A stretch of DNA of 64,000 nt, taken from assembly GCF_018977255.1 (NCBI RefSeq), contig NW_024704742.1, forward strand, positions 7,814,001 through 7,878,000. The letters are read 5' to 3'. Shown here piece after piece: positions 48,469-60,312 of the stretch. Numbering within the stretch: position 1 is the first letter of the stretch; every line of letters starts with the position of its first letter. Source of the DNA: Callorhinchus milii. Its lineage: Eukaryota. A model generated the notes under the pieces. It was not told where the DNA came from. It worked only from the letters and a program-made list of their open reading frames with translations, and did not search any database. The position numbers and the translations under genes were made by a program.

Positions 48469-50237
48469 GATAGGGTGGGTATTCTGGAAGGATGAGATCA
48501 GATCATCAGATCGGCCAAAGGGCCTTTTTCGTCTGAACTATTCCTGTGAATCTCGTGAAAAGATCTGATTTTTTCTTGGGTTTATTTTCTGTTTAGTTGG
48601 TGGCATGCCCACAGGGGATATTCACAGGCAACTGCAACCCAGATCAGATATCTGCTGGTGTTGACCCCGCTGGGTGGTCGGAGGAATTGTGCTGGGTACC
48701 ACGGGTAGGTCACAGAGTTTCCTGCAACCTAATCTATGCTCTGGTACCCTTGGTTCAACAAATGAAGGTTAACTCTGCACTTGATCCTCTGTGTACAAGT
48801 TGAAGCTTTCCCAGCAATGGGACACTGTTGAGGGGGAGAGAGTTACAATACAGGAAGGAAGAGTGGTGTGGGAAGCTTTGCCATTTCTATTTTCACGTGT
48901 ACTTTTGCTCCCCTCTGAGATCATATTGGTTTGTAACATGAATTCAGCTTGTTTTTTTAACTGAGTTCAATTGGTACCTTGTGAATTAGCATTCCAATGA
49001 AGCAAACTGTTGCTGGCAGATCCAATGCTGGCCTGGGCTGATTTGGGGTCAGTAACAAGGTGCCTGGATATCTAACACCCTTGTACTTGAAGGACTGCAA
49101 TTCAGTCCTTCAAGAAGCCCTAAATTAGGGCTTCTGAATTTCAAGTGTAAATAAATCAGGGTTTTTCGGGGCTTTGGTTAATGTACTGAGAAGATGCTCC
49201 TACGCAGAAGAAGGCGAGGGAGAAGCCCTCACACATGCACGGTGCCTCTCTCCTCTCAAATGGTTCCACCAGATGTGCCTGTGATCATGGAGGAGAGGGA
49301 AAGGCATATCAGGACACTGCCGAGAGCGAAGAGAGAGAAAACATCACCTTGGGCTCACAAGCTGTGTGGGTTTGGGGGGACAGGAGGTGCAGGCCGAGGA
49401 GGGCGGGGAGGGGAAAGGTGACCGAAAGCCCAATCAATAATGTAGGTTAGAAGACCCACCTCTTCGACCTCATGCAGTCACCTCCTTCCTCCTCCCTCCC
49501 CCGGCTTGGTGTCAGGCTCTGCCAGGGCTGTTATGCGCTTAGAGACGCTGCCCCGAGTGAAGGGCACTACATAAATGCAAGTTGTTGTTGATTGAATCCG
49601 CGTATTTCTGAATGGAACTGAAGGTGCACAGCTTCCAGACCTGTTTGGATTCGCTGCTCCGCCTAACATTCTGCACATCTGCTCTCCCTGCTGTTTGGCT
49701 GCGTTGCTATTGTGCAGCGATCGCTTTGGCAAAGGTTTGCAGAGGTGAAGAGTCTCCACCTATGTTTGCTGTAATAAAATCACTGTTGGTTTTGCAGGAT
49801 GACAATGACTTTGAGACGCACCTGGAGGGAAATACACTCGCCAGCAGCTTGGTGGGTGGGATTGCAGGGAAACCAACAACAGGGAATAAGCAGGAACAAT
49901 GAACAAGGAACAGGAATCCTTTGTGCTGCTGCATATTTCAATGTGAGGTTAGATCGGATCTGAAACCATTTATCACCTTGCATGTTAACATTTTGACAGG
50001 TTTGGGTAGATAGCGCCACAGTAAAAGAGCATCAATAACAATGGGTCAAAGCTCCTCTTACCTCCACACCCTTTGCTTGTGAAATGCCACTTCTGTTCTG
50101 TTTTCTGTACAGCACATGCAAGTTGGACCTGATGTCATCATGTTTCACAGGCATTGACATCAGTGGTTTCCCTAAAACAGATAAAGTCTGTGGTTTCTCT
50201 CTAACAGATACAGTTAGTGGTTCCCTATAACAGTTAT

Positions 50238-50606
50238 GGTCACGCATTCATCACATCCAGACTCGACTACCCTAATTCCCTGCCTGTTGGTCTTCCCAAT
50301 GTTTCCCTCCACAAACCGCAGATTATTCAAAACTTTGCAGCTCGTGTCGTCTCCCGCACCAGGCTCCATGACCCTATCACCCCTATCCTCGCCCGGCTCC
50401 ACTGGCTCCTTAACCCTTAGAGGATATTCTTCAAGATCCTGGTCCTCACTTTCAAAGCCCTTCCAAAACATCAGTGGTCGGGTCTTCAGCCTCTCTGCCC
50501 CACCCTCTGGAACTCCATCCCACAGTCCCTTCACCTTACTCCCTCCCTTGCCTCCCTCAAGGCCCATCTCAAGATCGTCCTCTTCGACTGTCTCTTCGGT
50601 CACCTT
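50238..50606 (+). mobile_element. L2 fragment with internal deletion
   Basis: HAFITSRLDYPNSL..IQNFAARVV..LHWL. Confidence 0.9.
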
Positions 50607-51869
50607 CGGGGGTGGAGAGGGAAAAGGTGACCAAAAGCGAGATCAACAAGATCTTGAACGAGGCAAGAAAAGAAACGAGTCGGACAGACTCCGGGATGGA
50701 AATCCAGTGAGTGTAAGAAGAGCGTGAGTTGCGAATTAATGGAATGGTCTTTGAATTGTCTGGTGCAAAAAGTTACATAAAAGTCAAGTCTAGACAGTTC
50801 TAAGAAGTTAATGTTATCCCTATTTTATGATATCTATCAGCATATTCCTCTCAGACTATTACAGCATTTACATTACATGTAAAATGGCTTACGATTGTCC
50901 TTTTATAGCTTATTTAGTAATTATAGCCCCTAGATGATCTTGTTATGTTTATCTAAACAAAGTTTTGTCATGAGCAAGGCACATTTTTGATTCATAGCAT
51001 CATAGAATTATACAGCACAGAAGGAGGCCATTCGGTCCCTGTGCCGGCTCTTTGAAAAGAGCTTCCAAATCAATCCCACTCCCCCGCTTTCTTCCCATAG
51101 CCCTGCAAACTTGTCCTCACCAAATAATTATCTAGATTCTTTGATTTTTTTTATTATTATTAAGGTGACAGATATAGTACAGAGGATTTCAACAACAACT
51201 TGGATTTTTACAGTGCCTTCATGCAGGATACAGTAAATTCACTTTAAAGTATATCCTGTGAACCGCTTTGAGACTTTTCAATGACATGAAATGCAAGGAT
51301 TATTATTATTATAGAGTCTCGGAGTGCTGCATTTCCCCATTTTACAGCCAGTGATAAGCAAAACTAGTTTCAAGATAACAAGAGGCATTTGGGCAAAACT
51401 GGCTCTTTATTTCTAATATTGGATTCCCTCTACATTTCTGTTGCCCAGTATTGGTCCTCAATCGCTGGCCATTCATTTCTCTCTCCCCTCCGCCACCCGC
51501 ACTCAACAAATGTTCTAATTCCATTCTTAAGGCCAAGGATCTTTGTCCTTCAGACCTGATTCTATTGAAGGTCTTTTTAGACTTCTGTTATAGGTTGATC
51601 ATTCTATCCTAGGTACCATGTTCAGCAGGCCTCGGCTCAAATCAGTATAATACAAACAAATAAACAAATAAACAACAACAATAAAATTGCTTTTATATAG
51701 CGCCCTTCATGTTGGGAAGGATGTCCCAAGGCGCTGGATTATCAAGGGGTTGCACTCAAGCTCAGGGCTAGATTCTGGAAGGGGAGAATCAATGGGGGTG
51801 AGGTGGTGGGCGGAAGATGATCAAAGAGGAAGGTTTAGAGACAGATCTTAAAGGAGATCAAGCACCATG

Positions 51870-52160
51870 GCTTAGAGACCGCAGAGTGTGTGTTGGGGCA
51901 CTGCTGGAGTCTAACCAGCTGAGACCACATAGCTTTCCATTGAAAGCACTGTTTGGCAATTTTCTGCTGCTTGTCCAACTAGGACCACCCTACCCATTAG
52001 GGCTTTGGCTTGCGGGGTTAACAGGAGTTGAGTTGGAGGAGTCCCTGCCCCTAGTCCCTGAGCCTAGTGGGTCTGCCCCTTCAAGTCCTACCAAAGAGCC
52101 TGGCTGGCTGTGCTGTCATTGGCAGTGTCCCTGGAGTACTTCTGACCTGCCTGGCTCAAT
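51870..52160 (+). repeat. Fragment of unclassified ~650-bp repeat
   Basis: See 45480-46115. Confidence 0.75.
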
Positions 52161-53149
52161 GGTATTATTGATGCTATGAAGAACTCCCCTATGATATACA
52201 AAGATGACATTGAAAAAATTCCTCCAATCCAGAATCTCGTTACAGTTTCTCTGACACTAATGGACAACAGGGGAGAGAAAGGAACAGATTTGCTTTGACT
52301 ATTGATCATTCATTCAAAGTTCCCAGTCAGTACAAAGTTGCTGTCAATAAAGTTTAAAAAAAAATACCAAGTTTCAGATAATCAGTATGGAGGAGGGCAA
52401 TATCCAATCAATTCAAAGATGTTAGGAGACCTGCTCTCACAGAATGGAGTTCATTCCTGCTCGTTTGCATTCTAAGGACAGCCTGCAGGATTGGAATTGA
52501 TCTTCAGCTGATAGGAAAATAATATTACCGAATAAATAAAACACTCGCTGCTGCCAGCAGGATGACACAGAATGTTGTACATTGATAAAGGGATATGGTC
52601 CAGGGTGCATGTTAAGGAGTTGATGTGATTTGTTACCGTATGAGAATATGATGGCGCTGAATTTACAGTACAATAGAACATGCATGTCTTATCTTTATAA
52701 ATGGTCTAATCGCTTAAGTCATACATTCACCCAAGTCCTATTGAGTTTCCTATCAAAGCCACTTAGATTTCTTTGCACTCCTCGTATTGATCACCTCCTA
52801 TCTCATAACATCGCTCCTTACCTCCATCATTCCCGCACTTACTAGTTGCATTCAATCGGGGAAATGTAGTCTTGATCCATTGCCGCATGTGCTGAAGAAC
52901 TTTGTTTCCTACGATTCAATGCAATTGCAATGCTTGCTGGTAAATGCGCATGTGGTGACGGGTCAAGACCCATTGGACTGTGGGAAACTTATTCTTGTCC
53001 CATCACCATATACTCACTTACCAGCCCCTGTGACAAAACTACTGCATGCACAATTACTCTGCATTGAAGTACACATGCAGGTTATTGATTAGGTTATTGA
53101 TTATATTGGATTTTGTACGATCGATACAGTTTGAAAAAAGATGAAGCAG

Positions 53150-53885
53150 AACATTTTCTTAATGGGGAGAAACTAAAAACTGTGGAGGAGCAATGGGATT
53201 TGCGTGTCCATATCCACCAATCACTAAAAACTAGTTCCCGAAAAGCAAATGGAAATGTTGGCCTTTATCTCAAGGAGCCTGGAATACAAAGAAGAAGAAA
53301 TGATGCTTCAGCTGTATAGAGGGTTAGTGAACCCCACACCATCTCCCCTCACCATCTGGAGACTGCATTCAGTTTTGGGCACCACACCTCAGGAAAGACA
53401 TATTGGCCCTGGAGGGGGTGCAGCGCAGGTTCACCACAAGGTTAAGGTATGAGAAAAGGCTGTGTAAACTTGGATTATATTTCCTTGAGTTTAGAAGGCT
53501 GAGGAGTGATTGGATTGAGGTATTTAAGCTGATAAAGGGATTTGATAGGGTAGATACAGAAAAGTTATTTCCTCTGGTGGGGGAATCCAAAACAAGGGGC
53601 ATAGTCTTAAAATTAGAACCAGGCCATTTAAAAGTGAAATCAGGAATTTTTCACTGAAAAGGTGGTGGAAATCTGGAACTCTCTCCTGCAAAAAGCTGTG
53701 GATGTTGGATCCATCCACACCTTCTAGAGTGAGGTTGATAGATTTTTGGTGGGTCAGGGCATCAGCGGAGAAAGTGGGAAATTGGAATTGACAGGATTAA
53801 TTGAGGTACAGATCAGCCATGATCTAATTAAATGGCGGAACAGGCCCGAAGGACTGAATCGCCTACTCCAGTTCCTATGTTCCTA
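53150..53885 (+). mobile_element. CR1 LINE 3' ~730 bp
   Basis: LNGEKLKTVEEQWDLRVHIH, MLAFISRSLEYK..MLQLYRGLV, ALEGVQRRFT, LEFRRLRSD; terminal gttcctatgttcct. Confidence 0.93.
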
Positions 53886-55024
53886 ACTCGGACTTCGCGA
53901 AGTCATATTAAATATTGACTGATACGACTTGTGTGAGTTTTACTGTATTAATGTCACACACAATAACTGTTTGGAGTCTTGTGTGTAAACATCACATTCC
54001 AGTGCGTGTCTTAAACAAAGCTTGTTTTGTAAACAGAATTGTAAATGAACTTGCCAAAGCCCTGCCTTTCAAACATTACTGCAGCACATATACGTGTAAC
54101 CATGCCATAGTTAGTTTGCAGAATTGTTGCCTTGACAGACCCACCTTCATTGGCAGAACTGCTAGGCGATCAGTGTGGCATTGCTGTCTCCAGAGGTATG
54201 TTAGTTCTATGATGCTGCCCTGTTTTATCAGCTGGCCTGGTCAGTCCAGTGATTTTATAAGACCTATTTCCTGCCTAATGCATATTTTTTCAATCAGGCT
54301 TTCGGTCACCTTCTTTCCCCACTTCAGTCTCCCCCCCTCCCTCCCCCCCACCCCAGTCAGCTTTGTGAAGCACTTTGAGATGTCCTTCCAATGTGAAAGG
54401 TGCTGCATAAATGCAAATTGTTGTTCTTGCATCAATGCCCAATACAAGCTTTCCCTAAAGATTGGAGAAGGTCCACAGTCAAATGATAAAGGTGGCAAAC
54501 TGTGATTTTAGAACAACTGGTTGTTCAAAAAATTTACACATGCATGCACAGTAGTTTCTCTCTAGCCATCTGTTCCATGAAATGTGTCCCACAGTGTAGC
54601 AATGATTCATTCATTGACGTGTCATCCAAGGTAGTGCAATATAATGGTGTCAACACACATGCACAATTAGAAAATGAAATGAGATTCACAGTACAGTGAT
54701 ACAGACATGGTAGTTAAGGACATGTTTACAGAGAATATTCCAAAGGCAGCTTCCCTGATGCCGTGTTATTCAATGAAACCACTTTGCTTCCAGCAGTGGA
54801 GGGTGTAGTGTGATGGAATGGATCGCTTGTTACATACTTTGTGCTCCACATTGTGTCAGAGAACCATATATTTGGCTGCGAAATCGGATGGCTGTAATAT
54901 TGAGTTGCAAAGTTGGCCCTTGGGCTGTTCACAGGATTGCCTGAGAGCTCTCAAGCAAAAGAATTAGATTTTCATCCGCTGGGAACAAAATTCCAACTGG
55001 TCTTTGGCTGCAAAAGCTATTTTG

Positions 55025-55170
55025 TCTTAAAATTTAAGATAGTGCAGAATTCTGGAGATTTGTTACATTTAGTCTCAATTTGGTAGCTGGATCATTTAAA
55101 AAAAACTGTGGAAAAACTGGTATCCCAAATTAGGGCTGAATTTTCCCCAAATCTGTGTCATCTTCATTTT
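55025..55170. repeat. Imperfect ~145-bp palindromic repeat (MITE-like)
   Basis: aagatagtgcagaattctggag..aatttgg vs ccaaatt..ttttccccaaatctgtgtcatctt; related halves at 23615-23680, 37640-37715 and 39778-39812. Confidence 0.55.
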
Positions 55171-55627
55171 TCAGACAAAACAATCTGGGTGGAATTTCAT
55201 GGTTATACTGTATGCATGAATCAAACTAATTGTCTGCTATGTTTCGTCCACAAAATATTCTTTTGACATTATATCCTGTGAAGCACTTTGAGACGTCTTG
55301 AAGATGTGATAACGCGCTATATCAAATGCAAGGATTATTATTATTACTTGTGAAATCATCTCCTCTGGTTATCAAAGGAGTGATTCGCGCCAGTTCAACA
55401 TCAATTTGTGTAATTCGTCTTGTGCCACCCATCACAGGCCTTGGGACAATTCACTGTGAAAGTATGTGTGGACAATCCAGAATAATATTCTTTCATTTGT
55501 AAAATTCATGCTTGAAATGGCACCAGAAAGTTGCAAAATATTGTCAACTGGAATTATTGTCCCAAATCCTGGCCAACAATCCACCAGATAAATTGGTTGT
55601 TCACTTCAAAGCCGTTTGTGGGATTAG

Positions 55628-55975
55628 CAAGCAATAGGACCTGGGTTCAATTCCCGGGGCAGGGTGAAACCTTAGTTAAGTTTCCTTACTCTGCACGTCT
55701 CTGTTTACCTAGCAGTAAGTAGGAATCCAGTTGTTAGTCGATTGGTAAATCGCTTTCCAGGGGGTAATAATCCCTTCACATAAAAAGTAATAAATAATAA
55801 CTTGGTCCCTCAATCCATGACTTTGTGGGACACTGTTGTGCGCAATTGGCTGCCGCATTTCACCCAAAAAGTACAATCAATTCACATTACAGTATATTCT
55901 GTGAAGCATTTTGTGACGACTCAAATATGTGGTAAGGTGCTATATCAAATGTAAGGATTATTATTATTATTATTA
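55628..55975 (+). mobile_element. tRNA-Ala-type SINE, long subfamily, nested in a Deu-SINE remnant
   Basis: B box to (ATT)n; Deu-SINE sequence at 55565-55627 resumes near 55985. Confidence 0.87.
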
Positions 55976-57257
55976 GTCACTGGGTGCAAATTGGGTGCTG
56001 CCTTTGCCTGCAAATACACTTGCCAGAATCATCGATGAAGCAATGATGAGATATTTTCATTTTTATAGGGGCTTTATTAAATGCAAAGAATATTTTTATT
56101 AATAACATTTGACACTCATTGGCATTTGCAATATCTTACTCAGCAATGCCAATACAATTGAAGTAAAGTTGGAATATGATATTGTTCACCGCCTTATCTT
56201 TCCATTATAAATAGCTGATGTGACTATTTACAGGATTGCTGAAAGGTGATAAAAGATGTTTTAGATGGAATTGGTTTTAAACTATTTTCAAAATGAATCA
56301 CTGAGCGTCCAGCAGCAGGAAGGGAGACCGTCTTTATTGGCAGTGGGTAAATTTGATGTATTTTCTTAACATAACAGATTGTACAGCACTATTACACTCC
56401 AACTGAGATACTGTATACATTTACAGTAATGCGAAAATAGCTGCATTCATCGTCTTGAAGCTATTCCACACACCGCAAGGTTCCTTCTAAATTGAAAATA
56501 AATCTGGCTTGTGCAAGGTTCTTCATTTCCATTGCATTCTGTTTGATGAGGTTGGAGATGTCCAAGCCGGCATTGTAATAACAAGCTGAAAAAGCCCAGT
56601 GTTAACGCTAACCACAAATGAGGCTCAGTCATGAAAATGTCTACAAGGGTGATTTGATATTTTCATCCAGGAGCTGGTTCCTGGCTACTGCTCTTCCAAT
56701 GCCAGATTCTGACAATCCTGATGCTATTGACTGTCCCACAGCAAGAGTTCTACATCGACTGCAACACAGGTCTAGTTATAACGCCAGCACCAGACTCAAT
56801 AGGAGCATTTCATAAAGAACTTTTTTCCTCCTAACCATAAACTTTCCTGAGCTTTTTTAGTTTTCTTTTATTTTCCAACAGCAGTGCTGAAATCTTTAAG
56901 CTCAAACCGTTGCCCTGAAGTCGATGATCACACCACACGCAATCTTTAATAATAGATCTGAAACTGCGAAGTGAGTCAAGTGACCCGAAACTTGGAAGAA
57001 TTGTCACCTCACATACCTCTGCCACCCCTTCCTGAGACTGTTAAGAAAAATTACATTTTGTCACATTCACATCACACGAGCACTCTGTCCGTACAGCTGC
57101 AATATTTTATTAAAAGCAGTCAATGTGGGCAAAAGCTGTCAATGTATCTGAGACTCCACTATGATTAAAATGTTCCAGATGCTTAATCCTGACCTGCACT
57201 ATATGCTGGGATGTTTTCACATAGTAAAAACATCCTGAATTACCTTCTTCAGTACCA

Positions 57258-57410
57258 AAGGCAAAATACTGGAGATGCTGGAAATCAGAAATAAAAACAG
57301 AAGTCGCCGGGAACACTCATCAGATCAGGCAGCATCTATGGAGAGAGGAAAGTGAGTTAACGTTTCAGGTCGATGACCTTTCATCAGAACAGTGCTGATG
57401 AAAGGTTCTG
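57258..57410 (-). mobile_element. Penelope-type terminal repeat with short inverted duplication
   Basis: gcaaaatactggagatgctggaaatc..aataaaaacagaa..caggcagcatct..gttaacgtttcaggtcgatgacctttcatcagaac, then inverted ctgatgaaaggtt. Confidence 0.7.
57356..57390 (-). ncRNA. Minimal type-I hammerhead ribozyme motif
   Basis: Minus strand GUU-CUGAUGA-A-AGGUC(AUC)GACCU-GAAA-CG-UU-AAC: intact core boxes, 5-bp stem II, palindromic ACGU stem III, 3-bp stem I. Confidence 0.65.
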
Positions 57411-58334
57411 TATTGTCTTGATTACTTTCAGTACTATCCTGGAGAAGAAATAGTGAGATCCCAGGGATTTAAAGAGTCTCTGTTTTTTGCAATTTTAAAG
57501 GGGTTTTCTATGTGGATGTTTTTATCCACAAACTGTTTGTGGGACACTGCTGTGCACAATTGGCATTGCGTTTCACCCACGCATACACAGTCAATTCAAT
57601 TTATAATATATTCTGTGAAGTGCTCTGAGATGTCTCGATGACATGATAAGGTGCTACATCAAGTGCCAGAATTATTATTGTTGTACTATTATTATTTTAT
57701 CTTTGAGTGTGAGGGAAATGAGATTAAAGTAGATAGAGTAGATAATATAATTCTATGATTTTAGAATGAGATGCAATTTTAAGAATTTTCATATCATTCA
57801 TCACGTCCAGAGTATCACTACTGAAGTAGGAAGCATTAGCTCCTGCAATTTTTTCAGGACCATGCTTTTTTCTTCCCCTTGAATAGAGCTTTGTTATATT
57901 CTGGCCCCCAATGAAGAGATGGACACTGACTGATAGAAACCCATCAAACCAACAATACATCAAATGTCACTGTGCTTGGTAACACATGATCATGAGAATA
58001 ATGATCGACAAGGGAGCAGTCGAATGTCATTCAATCTCAGGCCTTATCTCCAAAGAGATCTAGAATGTCATTCCATACTTACAAAAACTCTGGTTCTGTA
58101 TAATCTACGGATCATGTCCTTTACTGTCCACCCTGCAAAAAATTTAATTGTTTCCTGCTTTCATATAACGAAAGAAAAAAAAGAACAATGTTTCTGCTCT
58201 TTACTTGCTCCACTTTAAGCGCTCTGAGATGCCTCCTGGCATGGAGGGCGCTATATAAATGCAAGTTGTTGTTGTTGTAATTGGGGACAACAATAGAACC
58301 AAAAAACAAGCTTCTTTGCCAGAATCTTCATGCT

Positions 58335-58625
58335 CTTTGAACTGGACGTTAAAATGAGAGTCATATCTTCTTGCTGGATGTTAAAGATTGCATAATGCTA
58401 GTCAAAAACAAAAGGGAGTTCCTCCCGGTTTCATGGCCCACAATTCCCCAGATAAGATTAAACATTCACTTCATGGCTGTTTGTGGGATATTGCTCTACA
58501 CAAATTGGCTGCTGTGATTGCCTACAAAATACATGGTCACTCCGCTTTACACAAAAATCCTGTGAAACACTTTGAGACGTTCCCTTGCCATGAAAGGTGG
58601 TATATCAAAGGCAAGGAATATTATG
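58335..58625 (+). mobile_element. Deu-domain SINE 3' two-thirds
   Basis: tggatgttaaagat..agggagttcctcccggt..shared tail. Confidence 0.75.
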
Positions 58626-59351
58626 TTGGTGAACTGCCATAGGGACAGACCCTGGCTTGAATGTGGATTGGAATGATAATCCCAAAACTTTCCTCCTTCC
58701 CTCAATTCCAGCCAGAGATAAATAATAAATAATCCTTGCATTTGATGTAATGCCTACAATAGTGAAATGCCGAAAGCAATTCACTACAATCACTGTTCAA
58801 TTATTGGGTGCCATGTTTGGCCCACAAAATATACAGTCACTACTTTATAGTATATTCTGTGAAGCACTTTGAGATGTCGCAAGGACATGATAAGGCGCTA
58901 TATCAAATGAAAGCATTATTATTATTATACCAAATGCAATGATTATCATTATTACTGATAGTCCAGTCCCTCACCAAATCAGTGGATAGAAAATCCCTTT
59001 CCTTTGTTATCTTGATTCCAGCTGAAAGTGATAGCCATTCACTTGTTAGCTACAATGGCAGTGAAGTAGCAGAGTAAGGAATTGTCGCTGTACCTGTCCC
59101 CAGAGGGGCAGCAAACAACCTGTTTCCAAGCTGTTGCCAGTGCTACAATCTCCACAACCAGCTGCCAAAAGCTACATGAGGCCAGCATCAATCCATTCAC
59201 TCTCTAATGATCCCAGTTTCCCAGTGTGCAACGGCTTCAACTTCACTATAACAATCCTTTACAGGGTGAGAAAGAGACATGGTGTGGACCGAGGTGTGAA
59301 GCTCCTTAGTTCTCTGTGGTATAGTATGTGTGGTTGTGGTTGCATGGCTGT

Positions 59352-60070
59352 GTGTCAGCCTGACTCAGTTGGTAACACTTTCGTCTCTTTGAAGCAGAAG
59401 GTTGTGGTTTCAAGCCGTGCATCAGGGCTTTGAGCTGGTAGTCGAGGCTGATACAGCAATGTAGAGCCTGAGGATTGCTGCCCTCATTCAGATGAGATAT
59501 TAAACCAAGACCCAGTCTGCTGTTCAGACCACAAAATTACAAGATTGGTCTAGATGAAGAAGGCTCTTCAGACCATCCAATTCTCATCCTTCCGGTACAC
59601 ACAACCCATCAAAGCATCAAGCTGCTTTTTAAATGAGTCCAGTGTCCTGGCCTCCACCGCCTTTTCTGGCAACCTGTTCCAGTGGTTGATAACTCTTTAT
59701 GGAAAGACATCCTGGTGTCTGTCCTGAAATTGCCCTTTACAACACAAAACTTATATCCTGTTGTTCCTCTACCTTGATGCATCCTAAAGTATTGATTTGG
59801 GTTAACGTGTTTCAATCTCATTTAAAATTCTGTACACCTCTATGAGATCCCCTCTGAGTTGTCTTTTCTCAAGACTGATTTAAAATGTGGGCATTCCGGG
59901 ATGGAAGTTAAAGATCTCTTGGCACGATTTGAAAACGGGAAAGAGTTTCTCCTGGTGTCCCGACCAACAATCCTCCAAATAAAATAGATCATTCACTTCA
60001 TTGTTGTTTGTGGGACGTTGCTATGCGCAAATTGGTTGCCACGCTTGCCTATAAAATACCAGGCACTTTA
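59352..60070 (+). mobile_element. Deu-domain SINE split by an antisense CR1 fragment
   Basis: Head gtcagcctgactcagttggtaacactttcg at 59354; core breaks after ctgttcag near 59528 and resumes at gttaaagatctc near 59907. Confidence 0.8.
59545..59878 (-). mobile_element. CR1 3' fragment
   Basis: Reverse reads SLEKRQLRGDLIEVYRIL..GTTGYKFCVVKGNFRTD. Confidence 0.85.
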
Positions 60071-60111
60071 TAGTGCATATTCTGAATCAAATGTACAAAT
60101 TATTAATATAG

Positions 60112-60312
60112 TATTCTCTGGAACTCTCTCCCAGAACCCTTCCATCTCCCTCCCTGTCCGTATTTGAAACCTGTCTGAAGACCTACATCTTTGAATGCCT
60201 TTAGGCCACCTCCCCCCACTCTTTCCACACCCAAACCATCTCGGTAAAGCACTTTGAGATGTCCTCCTATGGGAAAATCGCTATATTCGAGCAATTTGTT
60301 GTTATTGTTGTA
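60112..60312 (+). mobile_element. L2 3' end
   Basis: LWNSLP..VFETCLKTYIF, stem-loop, gttg tail. Confidence 0.8.

Noticed and set aside
50607..50713. Exon-like GVEREKVTKSEINKILNEARKE... ending at GTGAGT
   Set aside because: No acceptor; the start is the reverse complement of an L2 3' region folded back on the adjacent L2.
53915..54505. 196-aa ORF
   Set aside because: Non-ATG start, no recognisable domain, and includes an L2 3' end at about 54295-54428.
58955..59110. Possible LF-SINE-like remnant
   Set aside because: Only scattered short similarities from memory; needs an HMM search.
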